Source of the DNA: Hyphochytrium catenoides
Taxonomy: Eukaryota > Protista > Hyphochytriomycota
Length of the DNA: 64,000 bases
Direction: 5' to 3'
Assembly (NCBI GenBank): GCA_900088475.1
Contig: FLMG01004535.1
Span: 103,568-167,567, forward strand
The notes under the pieces are model-generated. The model saw nothing but the letters and a program-made list of their open reading frames with translations. It did not search any database and was not told the DNA's origin. Made by a program: the position numbers and the translations under genes. Each line of letters begins with the position of its first letter. Position 1 is the stretch's first letter. Of this stretch, positions 37,496-51,256 are shown one piece after another.

Positions 37496-38240
37496 GGCTG
37501 GGAGAATAGAAAGAAGTTAGTGAAGATAGAAGTATTCTTTACTTCGTGATGCGTGATGCACGGTGCCTAATAGTGAGGCGCTGGAGAGAGGGAAGCGTCT
37601 AGCTCTTCCTGGCCGTCGATCAGTACCGCGGTGGGGGAGGAGAGCACTCCTTAAAGACAACGTGAGGCTGCGACTAAGAGAGTCGAAGGGCAGGAGAGAC
37701 ACTTCTTATAGGGCGAGAGGCGCGAGGGAAGGCGCGAGGGAGCACTGACGGCCAGCATGGAAAGGCCTGTGCCGCCTGCTGCTGGTGATGGCGCCGCTGA
37801 TCAGAAAGCTGAAGTTTGGTTTTCGGGGGGGTAGCCTCCGCACACAGGGTAGCCAGGGACTCTATCAAGATCAATAACGCCTAATTAACTTGATAATGGA
37901 TAGATATCAACTTCAATGTAAGCCGAGTGGTAGCCCCCGTATCCTGGGAGGGGGTTGCCCCAACTGAAAAGACACTCCTGTCTAAAGACTATCGTGAACT
38001 CTAACTGAGGAGCTTTGCTTTATAGGCTTAAGGCCTCACCATTTTTGATTATAGCGCGGCAGAGCCAACGGAGGATAGAACGCGGTATGCGGAGCGAGAA
38101 GCAAGGCAGCCAACAGAGGAAATGTTTGTCAACTAAAGCGGCCCGCGATGGATCCCTCGTCAGGTAGGGACGGCAGCGAGCACGGGCGACAACATCCACC
38201 AGGAAGAACCAGCTGCCTCAAACAATAGAGCTGATGGACA

Positions 38241-38867
38241 ATGGAACTTGCAGACTGCGTAGTCTGGCCAGGGAGTGAGTTTGTTCCCGCTCTTTCTGCG
38301 CAGGACCCGAATTTCAGCGGCCACAGGTCACAAAGGACGACCATCACTCGGTGGCACCAGCATCTCATTCTCCAGCTGCAGAGACCGTCAGATCAAGAAG
38401 AAGGCAGTCGAACAGCTGTCTCCGTGCATCAAGTATGTCCTAACCCAAGCAGCGAAGAGTCAGCAGCTGCGCAAAGAAATGCGAAGTTCCAAGTCATCTG
38501 CAGAGCTCGTCACCAGCGCCAAGCCATCAAGCAGTGGAAGGAGGCTATACAGCTCTATTGGGCCTCATGTGCCCAAAAGCTCTTACGGTTATGGAGAAGA
38601 CGTATTCTCAAAATGGTCGTCAAGCAGTGGAAAGTATTTGCAAGATTCTATGCGGAGCAGGAGCTCCGGCTCTGGATGCTGCAAGAGCAGCTTCTTCGAC
38701 GTCAAGAGCATGAAGAAGATGACCACTGCGGGGAACGGCAGAGGAAGCCCTGTTGGGATGCAAAGCGGTTAGAACTATATTTATTGTTCCAAAGCTGGCA
38801 TGAAGTCTGTCTGCAAAGTTGGAAAGAGAGACACCATCAGTCGCCTGCAGCAACAGCTGGAGAGTGA
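38241..38867 (+). CDS. Hypothetical helical protein with Sfi1-like Trp repeats
   Basis: 208-aa non-repetitive ORF containing AIKQWK, ILKMVVKQWK and LLFQSWH. The start is uncertain. Confidence 0.4.
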   Translation: MELADCVVWPGSEFVPALSAQDPNFSGHRSQRTTITRWHQHLILQLQRPSDQEEGSRTAVSVHQVCPNPSSEESAAAQRNAKFQVICRARHQRQAIKQWKEAIQLYWASCAQKLLRLWRRRILKMVVKQWKVFARFYAEQELRLWMLQEQLLRRQEHEEDDHCGERQRKPCWDAKRLELYLLFQSWHEVCLQSWKERHHQSPAATAGE

Positions 38868-38972
38868 GTTATAACTTTATCTAGGTGAATCCTACAGCCC
38901 ACCCAGGCTCAAGGCAGCGAATGGGGCAAGGCATGAGATCCCTGGCATAGCGTCTCCTCGAGAACGTGGACT

Positions 38973-40496
38973 TTAGAGGTCATCCTTGGTGACTGGAAGC
39001 CCTCGCGCCGCATGGAACCGACGGGCGACCTGATGAAAACAGTTGGGTCAATTGCCAAGCTGCCATATTAGGAAGCATTTGAGGGGATGATCGTAGACAA
39101 GTCAGATGCCGCTGGAAATGTGTCAAACAGGGATAGTGAACGGGCTTGGAAAAAGCAGGGGATCAAGCGTCTCCCTCCTTACCTCCTGCCAGTTAACGAC
39201 ATTCCAGAAGGCCTCAATGTAGTCAGTACGTCGGTTCTGGTGCTTCAGGTAGTAAGCGTGCTCCCAAACATCCAGGGCTAGTATCGGCACCTGGCCCTCT
39301 ACCATCGCTGGTGTGTCCTGAAGTAGAAAAGATGGTAAGGTTGTTCTGAGTAGCGACAGAGCAGAGAAAGGCCCGCTTGGATAAAGGTTGACGTGGAAGA
39401 AAGTAGAGCCAAGCCTAGCTGGCGATAGCGAGTGTGTGAGAGACAGAGAAGCCTGAAGAAGAATGTTGCCTCCTTCTAGCGCGCCACCGAAGGACCTGAA
39501 TCTTTTTCCTGCTTGCCAGCAGTAGAAGTCGTTCTTTCCCCCTGTATGCCGGTAGTACCCTCTTTCTAAGTTAACATAAAGCAGCCTCTCGTGCAAAACG
39601 ACTCTTCTCTCTCTCTTGTTCGTTGGTGTAGCGCCACTGTACCTGATTGGGCGTGGATGTGAGGTACAGCTGCTGAGTCTTCTGGTCGTAGGCAAGCCAC
39701 GCCCATCCGGAGCCAAAGTGCTTGGCGGCAGTCTCGCCAAACTTCTTCTTAAAGTCCCCAAAGGAGCCGAACGAAGAGGAAAGCGCCTCGGCCAAATCAC
39801 CAGTGGGCTCGCCTCCTACAAGACAGGACAGTAGTAGATTAGGCGGCAAGCCGTCGACATAAAGCGCCCAAGATAAGGTTGGTCCGGAGAAGGAGAGCAC
39901 TACCATGCATAGCCAAAAGAGAATAACTTGATTAATAGCAGTCCCTACCAGCTTTGGGACCCATGACCTGCCAAAAGATCTCATGGTTCACATAGCCGCC
40001 ACCGTTATTACGAACAGCGCCGCGCAGGGTTTCTGGGATCTGCATTGGAAAGCGTTAAGCCAAGTGGAGAGCGATAGGGCCAAGTAAGGGCCTCTCTTAG
40101 CTAACGACTAAGTGTCTGCCTAGGTGAAAAAGGTTCTCCTCACCTCCTCCAAGTGCTGCAGCAGCTTATCAATACCCATCTTCGCCAAGTATCTGTCCCA
40201 GGGAGGAAGCAGCAAGGTCAGAATGATGGTGAGGAAGGTAGTGGCATGAAGTTAAGAAGAGGATTCACGCACTTGGTCTCAACCTTCGAGCGAAGTGTCG
40301 TGAGCGCAGCATTGAGTTTGTCCGTGTAGGCCTTGTGGTGGCCCAGATGGTGGATGCGCATGGTCTGCTCATCGATGTACGGCTCCAAAGCGTCGTAAGC
40401 GTATGGCATTGACGGGACTTGGAGGTTTTGAGCCTGGCATAGGCTCTGCCCAGCAAGCGCAAGGCCACAGACAATAGCCGAGACCAGCAACTTCAT
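38973..40496 (-). CDS. Fe/Mn-family superoxide dismutase (Mn-type signature) with signal peptide and C-terminal KDDL, 6 exons
   Basis: [55 protein letters not shown]|DTP and [16 protein letters not shown]. The last exon (38973-39029) reads [18 protein letters not shown]. Confidence 0.95.
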
Positions 40497-40725
40497 GGCT
40501 TAGAAGAATCGACTTTCACTTCTGGTCCAAGGGCTAGCAGCTGCACACCGAACTCTATTGTTGGATGATCTTGATCAACAGGCAAGTATAAGAGCTTGTC
40601 AAGGAGAGCGTCGAACGGTTGTCAGGCTTGCGATCTCATCATCCGCGGGCCCAGCCTGCCTGCCACCGCCGCCTCGCGATCTGATGCTTCGAGCTTCAAC
40701 CTAAATTCTTCTATAGTTCTTCGCC

Positions 40726-40780
40726 AAGAGATAGCTGCAAACGGCCATGATTCTAAGAGATAGCCGCAAACGGCCATGAT
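40726..40780. repeat. 29-bp period direct repeat upstream of the SOD gene
   Basis: AAGAGATAGCTGCAAACGGCCATGAT at 40726 and AAGAGATAGCCGCAAACGGCCATGAT at 40755 differ by one mismatch. Confidence 0.85.
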
Positions 40781-41024
40781 CCGCTAAGTCAAGGCAGGAG
40801 AGATCATAGAGGCGGCTGGGAGCTGAGGGCTAATAAGGAGGCGACAACTATGGAGGAAGAGAGGAGCGGCAGTGCGGTACAGATGGGCCAAGGCAGGTAA
40901 ACGTTCTTGTTTATTAGGTCAGTCCCTTTAGGCTAGTTTCAGCTTCAGCGCCTGGTGCCTGGAGAGCACAAGGCACAGGAGATCTTGAGACAACATAGCG
41001 GGAGCCCCCTGGATAATTGGTTGA

Positions 41025-44098
<3,074 letters not shown>

Positions 44099-45411
44099 GG
44101 TGCCTAAATGGGTGTCTCAAGAAAGAGTTGATTTCAGGCAAAGTCCAGAAGGCTAAGCCGATGTCTTGCTTTGCAGAAAGCGCCTTGTCGCTCTAGGTGC
44201 TACAGCTTTATTGAAAATCGTCAGCAGTCTTTGCTGGCAGGCTTCCGCGGCGCTCAGCTGGACTCAATCTGACTGTTCGGCGGCGAGTCTCAAGGAAGCT
44301 TCACGCTCCCTCTGTGGGGAGGCAATGCAGATAGCGCAAAAGATTTCAGGAGCCCTGCCCTCCTAGCTCTCGTTCTCTGTCTGTCCTGTACCTTCCTTGC
44401 CCTTCTCTGTCTGTTTCTCACAATATCTCTATCCCCATTCCGATGAGTTCTCCACACTTCGTAAAGGGGAGACGTCGGTAGCCTAGGCAACGGGGAGCTA
44501 GTACTGTGGTATGCGCTACCTAGTAGGAGTCACATGGTCATGGGGATAGCCCCTGGCTACTTAGGCTGAAGGGCCCTCATCTAAAGATTTTATGAAGTGT
44601 TGCCCTGCTAGAAAGGGGGAATGAAGCCTTGTAGTAATACGCTGGAAACCTTTGCGCAAGAAATACTAGTAACCATGGGTGTAGTAGTACGCGATGCAAC
44701 CATCATGTTTTCATGTTGCAAGATTGCAGAAAGATTCAAAAGATCTAAACCGCCCTTTTGACTATCAGTGCTAAACAAAGTACTGCTTTTCCAGATGTTG
44801 ATATACGAAAAGACGGTAAAAGGGCCTCTTAGAGTCATGTCGAGTTTTGATTTTTGGGCTTAGTTTTGAGGAGACAGAAGAATTGATAATCATCCGGTGC
44901 CTTTCCTCTGTTCTATTGTGCTGTAGAACTAGATGAGCTCCATCTAAGAAGATGATTGAGATGATAGAGAGACGAGGCGGCACTCTTCTCAACTGCAAGC
45001 CGGGCAGGACGGAGGTGGAGCCTGAAGGCAAGAGTGAAGACCAGCTGGTCATCCCTTCTCCAAGCTGCAGCTCCAGCCGCGTGGCCTGTAAGCATTAGGC
45101 CTTGGTGGAGACATCCAGACGTAACTGCCTTTGCCAACCACGCCCAAGCGTTGCAGCGATACCTACTGGAGACCTAGTCTTCAGCACGGTGATCAACTCG
45201 CCGGTGAAAGTGGCCAGTTTAGCCTCGACCGTCTGCGTTCTCGTTAGTTGACCTCAAAGATCAAACAAGTAACGAGTAGGGAAGGTGAGGTGGAAGGCGA
45301 AGTAGCAGGGCTAACTGACTAGCTGCTAGTCGGCTTATACACTCTCCCTCTGCCCCGCGACAATCATAGAGTATCGCCGAAGCCCATTCGCAAGCGACAA
45401 GTGCAGGCATA

Positions 45412-48400
45412 ATGAATCTTGAGACAAAGTTCGTTCGCATATTGGGGAAAAATGGAAGCACACATTTTGTGGCCTTTTACACTGGTAAACTCGGCCGTGG
45501 GTGAACTGCTCCTGAAGCTTATGTCTCTAAACCTCCATATATCATGCAACGGTGCAGGAGTATCCTCGCTAGAGATGTCCAACTTATTGAAGGTTTTGGT
45601 GGGAGCTGCACCATTCGAGGTCTGACAACGCTTGACTTTTACGACGACTGTGCCCACTTTTCCGGCGCGCAACTGCTGAAGAACTACTGCACTTACGCTG
45701 ACCGACCGGTGTAACTTCCTCATCAGGTGGTTGTGGGCTTGGAAGATGACTCGAATACTGCCATTCCAATGTCAGTTGCGTGCCAGTTTCCTCAGAGCTT
45801 GTCAGCGGCACAGTATAAAGTTTTGGTCGCTGGTAAGTCGGCCAAGTAGCTGAGCCCCATCGTCGTCTTCGCTATAATCTGCCGTCTACTTTGCCTTAGA
45901 CACATCCCATCTCTACGCCGAGCGGTATACTAAGACGAGCACGCAATTGCCAAGACCGAAGCCTACGAAGGAGACGACTTGCACAGAAAGCAGTATGTCT
46001 CTTCTCTGAGCCTAGGCTCACCTTCATCTCTTCTTATATGCATGTGAAAACGTAGCTTTCGGGTCGTATGTGTAAAGCACTGAGAGTATTCTTTCTTTCT
46101 CCAATATCTGCAGTCAGTCCTGCCAGTCTGGGCAGCGTGATCAAAGGCCTAGCTGACGAAGGCTACGTAACTGCAGAAGAGAGTGAAGTGCTGCGTCAAC
46201 TAGCAAGAGAAGGAGCCAAGGTCGTCACAAAGCCCTTCCAGGTCTACCGGAAGACAGGTGGGAAGAACGCCTATCTCGGTAGCTGCCTTTGGCATCCGCA
46301 GTATGCCTTTGCCTACATCCTCTAAGGGTGGCTCTTCTCTAAGGGTGGCTCTTCTCGCTGGCTCATTATAACGCTTACTCTTCTCAGGACACCTTGGACG
46401 TTTAAAGTCGGAGCTTGTGTCTGTTGCTCATCGGAAGAGTGACAAGAAGGCGCCAACAGGGCAACTGAAGGTTGTACAGCTCAGTCGGTTCGTTGATGTG
46501 CTGCGGAAGCAGAATATGGTCTCAGAAAAGGTAGGTCTTACTTTACGGCTGAGATAGTCCTCAAAAGAATGCTTCGGACACGACACTCTTGCAGAATACG
46601 TCGCACCTGGATGACTTCATCTTTCGCTAATCTCGTATTCCTCTTCATTTGCTTTGACTTGGTCCACAGGAAGAGACCATCCTACTGCAGCTGATAAAGG
46701 CGAGGGATGCGGTGATCAACGCCGCATTTGAGCTAGCGGAAGTGGAGCATGATGTGGAAGCGCTGAGGAACATGATGGTGAGTTGTTTTGTTAAGATGGG
46801 ATTAGAATACTTACCCCTTCGCTGCGCCCGGCGCTTTGATGCAATACTTCCAACCGCAGCGTTTTGACTTATCGTTTCTTCGTGGTAGATCCTCCGGGTA
46901 CGCCTTCTGCTACCAGATGAAGTTCGCGCGCAGCAAGTTGAGCTTCTAGAAGTTCTTAAGCTTCTCGTACAGCGGAAACTCATCTCAAAAGAAGGTAGCT
47001 GACGTGTGTGACGTTTCACTTTCGCCCGCATTGTGTGTCTTGCATTGACACTCCTCTTGCTCATTTATCACTTGTTGAGTCCCTACGTGGTCTTTCTCGT
47101 ATATTTTTGACCCCACTCTTCCCGGATCTCCATTATCTTGATTATCTTGATTATATCTGTCGCCCAGGTGCACGCTTCTTGATGTACAAGATCATGAACG
47201 CTGATAAGTTCGTAATAGCGGCCTGTGAGGCCTATGAGATGGACCATGACGTAGAAGAGTTGATGGTAACATGGCACGTGGTGGGCGATAAAACAGCATC
47301 GAATGACCATTTCACCTTCTTGTCGATTTGTGCTCATTCGCAAGGATACTCTTCTCCGAGTTGCACGACTAGGAATGAGCGGAGAGATCATGAAGCAAGC
47401 CCGCGGCCAAGCTCAGCGGTTATCGCAAACCCGCACCTCTTCAGCGTCGGCGCAGCTCCGAGGGTCGCAAAAGCTTCTACAGGAGTTTTCCAGAGTAAGT
47501 AGTATGTAGGGAGCTAGCTACAGCGTGCCTTGAAAGGCAAAGCCACGGGCTAGCCACCATCCCCAAGCTGCAGCACTGGCCTTTATGGACATAGGAAAGC
47601 AACTTGTAGAATGCTAACACCCATCTTTTGAACTGCTCTAGTCCGGCTTCATCACTGGCGCGGAGTTTCGCGTTTTGATGTCCCTTTTGCAAAGCGAGAA
47701 TGAATATCTCATGGCAGCTCTGCAGACATTTGACGAGGATGGTGATCGAGAGGAACTTGTAGACACTCTCAGGAGGGTGGCACGCCTGCAGGCGCCGGGG
47801 AAAGATGAAAAGGTTAGTGGGGGACTCTGATTGGCTTTGCTTTCCTTCTCGACAAAGAAGTTTTATTATCTGTCGATCCTGCTTCCCTTTAATCTATGGA
47901 CTTCCCCACTTTTTGATGCCTAAGGTTATACCCCGGCGGCTGAGAGATCTGCCTTGGTATCGTCCAAGCACTTCCACTCACTTTCGATCCTTGTTCAAGG
48001 ATCTTTCTGCTTCTTGTTAGCACGATTCTGCTTTGACTCGTAAGATCGGTAGAGGTAGCTCTTACATCGCCGGACTGAGTTCCTTTTCTCCCCTCGTCTC
48101 TTCTGACCAATACTGCAAAGCCTTCTTTAAGATCTGGTAGTAAGACATCCAGTCTTTATTCGGCCACCTCAAGCGAGGTTGATCAACTGGAAGACGAAGA
48201 GAGCACAGATGAGGAGACGGTGGCATTAGAAGTGGCAATGGCCTACCCTACCAAGGAGTTGGTGTTACTGCTGCAAAGAGGAGAGCAACAGAAGATCCTG
48301 ACGCCTGAGTAGGACTAGACGCCCGGCTCTTTTCGCTCTCTTTTCCATCTCTCCGTCTCGCCGGACATGTCTTATCACCTCTTTCCAAATTCGCTCTCTG

Positions 48401-51256
48401 CTATGGCCATGCATCTGTGGTCGATACTTTGCATAACCTTGCACGCCCTTATCCAACGCTCTGACGCTCAGTCCACTAAGTCCTTTCTATATATTTACGA
48501 CAACATCAGGGACTGCTCGCGGCTGCGCCGTTTGATAGGTGAGCGAAATCCTGCGCTCTTGGATCCTCTGGAGAGTTTCAAGGAAAGCCAAAACATTAGG
48601 GAGCTATTGAGGGCGCTGAAAGCATTAGCTCGCACAGGGCTAGAGAGAAAGATGCCTGGAAACGTGAAGCAGTCCAAAGACAAGACTTCAAATGGCAGAG
48701 ATGTCACTTCCAGGCCAGAGTCTACATTCCACGTCTTGATGCGGGAGCTGACGGGCACTGCGGTGCTCACTTCGGAGGAAGCATTTATGGGCTCTGCTCT
48801 TTTTGAAGAGGGAAATGAGCTAGTCCATGCTATCTGGCAGGTTTTCCAGGCCAACAGGTATGGTGCACCATAAAGATAGGAAGAGAGGCCTACGTGCTGC
48901 CTCTTTGAAATAAGCTGACCGCGGGTCTGCTATCATTCTCTCTTCTCTTTCTAGAGACGTGATGGATCTCGTGGATTCTCTAAAGCGCATCTATCGCCAT
49001 CAAACGGAGGGTGATGGCCAACAACCGACCGGTAGAGTTTCTCCCTCATGTCATTATCGCTCATCTTCTCTTTTCGTTTGAAGATTCACTGGCCTAACCC
49101 TTTGCAGCTTTAGTCTATCGGAATCAGCCCTATCTGTCGTCTGCCATGCCAGCTTGGTAATAACTGAACTATCCGTCTCTTCGGTCCTTTCCAGTCACAG
49201 TGATTCGACGGAAGCTAGAAGAGCTTTCCAACCTTCACTTCTTGACGAAAGTCCAAAAAGAGAAGCTTTTGAAGCTGTTGGACAAAGAGGATGAAATGTT
49301 ATTAGCGGCTTTCGAGTTATGGGAGAGGGACCAGAATGTCGAAGAGCTATTGGATACCTTGCTTAGGTAAGAGAACTTCAAACAACAGAGATAATCGTGG
49401 CCCGGGACTTTCTGAGCGCATGATGCCACCTTAAACAGGCTACTACGGCGGGACGATCTCATAGAAGAGCCAGCTGAGAGAAGTTCACAACCAGATCGTG
49501 CGCGAGAAGAGCTTTCTGAATTGGCCCTTGCCCTAGAGCAAGACGGCAAACTGTCTTCAAACGAGCTGCAGGCGCTGCTTTCTTTGGTTGCAATGAGCGA
49601 GCCGGCTGTCCTGGCTGCACACGATGTTTATGAGAGTGACAGGGACATTGAGGATCTGGTGCACTCTCTGCAGATGATTGCTCAAATCTATGCCCGGGAA
49701 GGAAACGGGATCAGTCCGGCCGGGCTCGGACGTCATACTGAAGCAGGAGAAGTGGAGGACGACGATAAAGGTCTGTCACCTTTTACCGCCGTCAAATAAT
49801 AGCTAGTCCTTGTAGGGGATGCCTAGTATGCTCTACGTTGTTTACTCTTGGCTGTCGAAGGTTGTCATGGTCCTCGTCCTAAACCACCTCATCTCCGTTT
49901 CTTCCTTGCAGTGACCACAAAAGGAGACTACTCCAAGCAATCACTCCAAAAAGTAGTTGCGGTCCTTCAAGAGTCTGGCGCTCTAACGCTGAAGGAATCC
50001 AACGTCATCAGCCATCTTATCGAAGAGCTCGACGATCGAGTGCTCGCTGCCTTTGATGCTTACAGCTTTGACCAGGATGTGGTAATACGAGCAACAAAAT
50101 TTGCTGCTCACGAGTGGTCCATTCCCCTGAGTTTGGCGGTGATGCTGTCTTGGCAATGTTGAATTCGTCGCTGCACTTGTGAACACGTTTTCATAGGGTG
50201 CTTTACCTCGCCTCGCCCTCTTGACCCTTATTAACCGTAGGATCTTTCCTAACTTCTATCGTTCGCCTTCTTACCTCCCGGCCGCAGGCAAACTTCGTTG
50301 ACTCTTTGAAGCGAATAGTGTCTTTAGAAGAGCATGAGTTCACTGTTGACAGCCAGACGAGAGTTTCAACCCATGATGAGGATGCGAAGAGCCTGGCTGT
50401 CAGCAAGGCGCCAGTACACGCTCCATCCGCTCCTGCCTTTACAGATCTACCTGTGGAACGGCAGTTGCTTCGCGTGGTCTCAGAGATGAAGCTATCGGAG
50501 AGGGAAACATCAGCCCTTCGACGAAGGATAGCTCAAGGAGATTCGTTTGTAAAGGCTGCATTGGAAGTTTATAGATTAGAACAGGACCCGGTAAGTCTTT
50601 TGGCGCAGACAGCAACTTTATTTCTCCTATATTTCAAACCTAGCCAGTTTCGACCATCCCAATAATAGCATTCTTGAGGTCTGGTGGCTCCGATCTGGGA
50701 CTATTCGCCCCGTAAGGAGATCTTTTGTTTGCCTGAAGCTAGCAGTTCGTGCTTTTCCTTCCCTGTTGACGACCTCCAGGTATTGAGGTTACCCTCTCAC
50801 GACCATCTCCAATAGGCTGACCTCAAAGACACACTTCAGCGAATTGCCAAGAGAGCCGCAGAGGAGGATGCCGCCACGCGCTTGGTGTCTAGTAGAGCCC
50901 TAGTGCGTGAAATAGTGACGGAGATGAGAGAGGTAAATCTGCCGGGCTGTTCAAGGTGTCTTTCTGCTTCCCTCTACCCAAAGGTTCATCTTTGCATTTG
51001 CCGTTCGCCCAAGGGCTTGATTTATATGTGGCCATGATTCACTTACAAATGATGAGCCTGCCGAACGCACGGTTGACGACTGCTAATGCAATTTCCTTTA
51101 CAGGCGGACTTTCTTACGCAGAAGGAGTTCGAAAGGCTGGAACAGATGTTTGAAGATCCAGAAAGCAGTCTTTATGACGTCTTAGAGCGTTACGACGAGA
51201 CTGGCAGGATAGAGGTTCTGATAGACGGTCTTCGGGTCTGTGCTTCTGATTCGTAG
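45412..51256 (+). CDS. Large uncharacterised protein: ubiquitin/PB1-like N-terminal segment plus 11 copies of a ~55-60 aa helical repeat, about 18 exons
   Basis: Exons join in phase, with one junction near 48.1 kb ambiguous. The N-terminus reads MNLETKFVRILGKNGSTHFVAFYT|GVSSLEMSNLLKVLVGAAPFE|VVVGLEDDSNTAIPMS. The recurring repeat consensus is L-x3-G-x-L-[TS]-x2-E-x3-L-x2-LI-x3-D-x2-[VL]-x-AAF-x2-Y-x2-D-x-D-x-EEL-x-DTL-x-R. Stop TAG at 51254-51256. Confidence 0.8.

Noticed and set aside
37915-37970. GCCGAGTGGT (tRNA A-box-like) followed by a GC-rich hairpin and CTGA
   Set aside because: No cloverleaf or TTCRA B-box and no clean C box, which is insufficient for a tRNA or snoRNA call. tRNAscan-SE/Infernal would settle it.
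46320-46356. 17-bp tandem duplication (CTCTAAGGGTGGCTCTT x2)
   Set aside because: Intronic and most simply explained by replication slippage.
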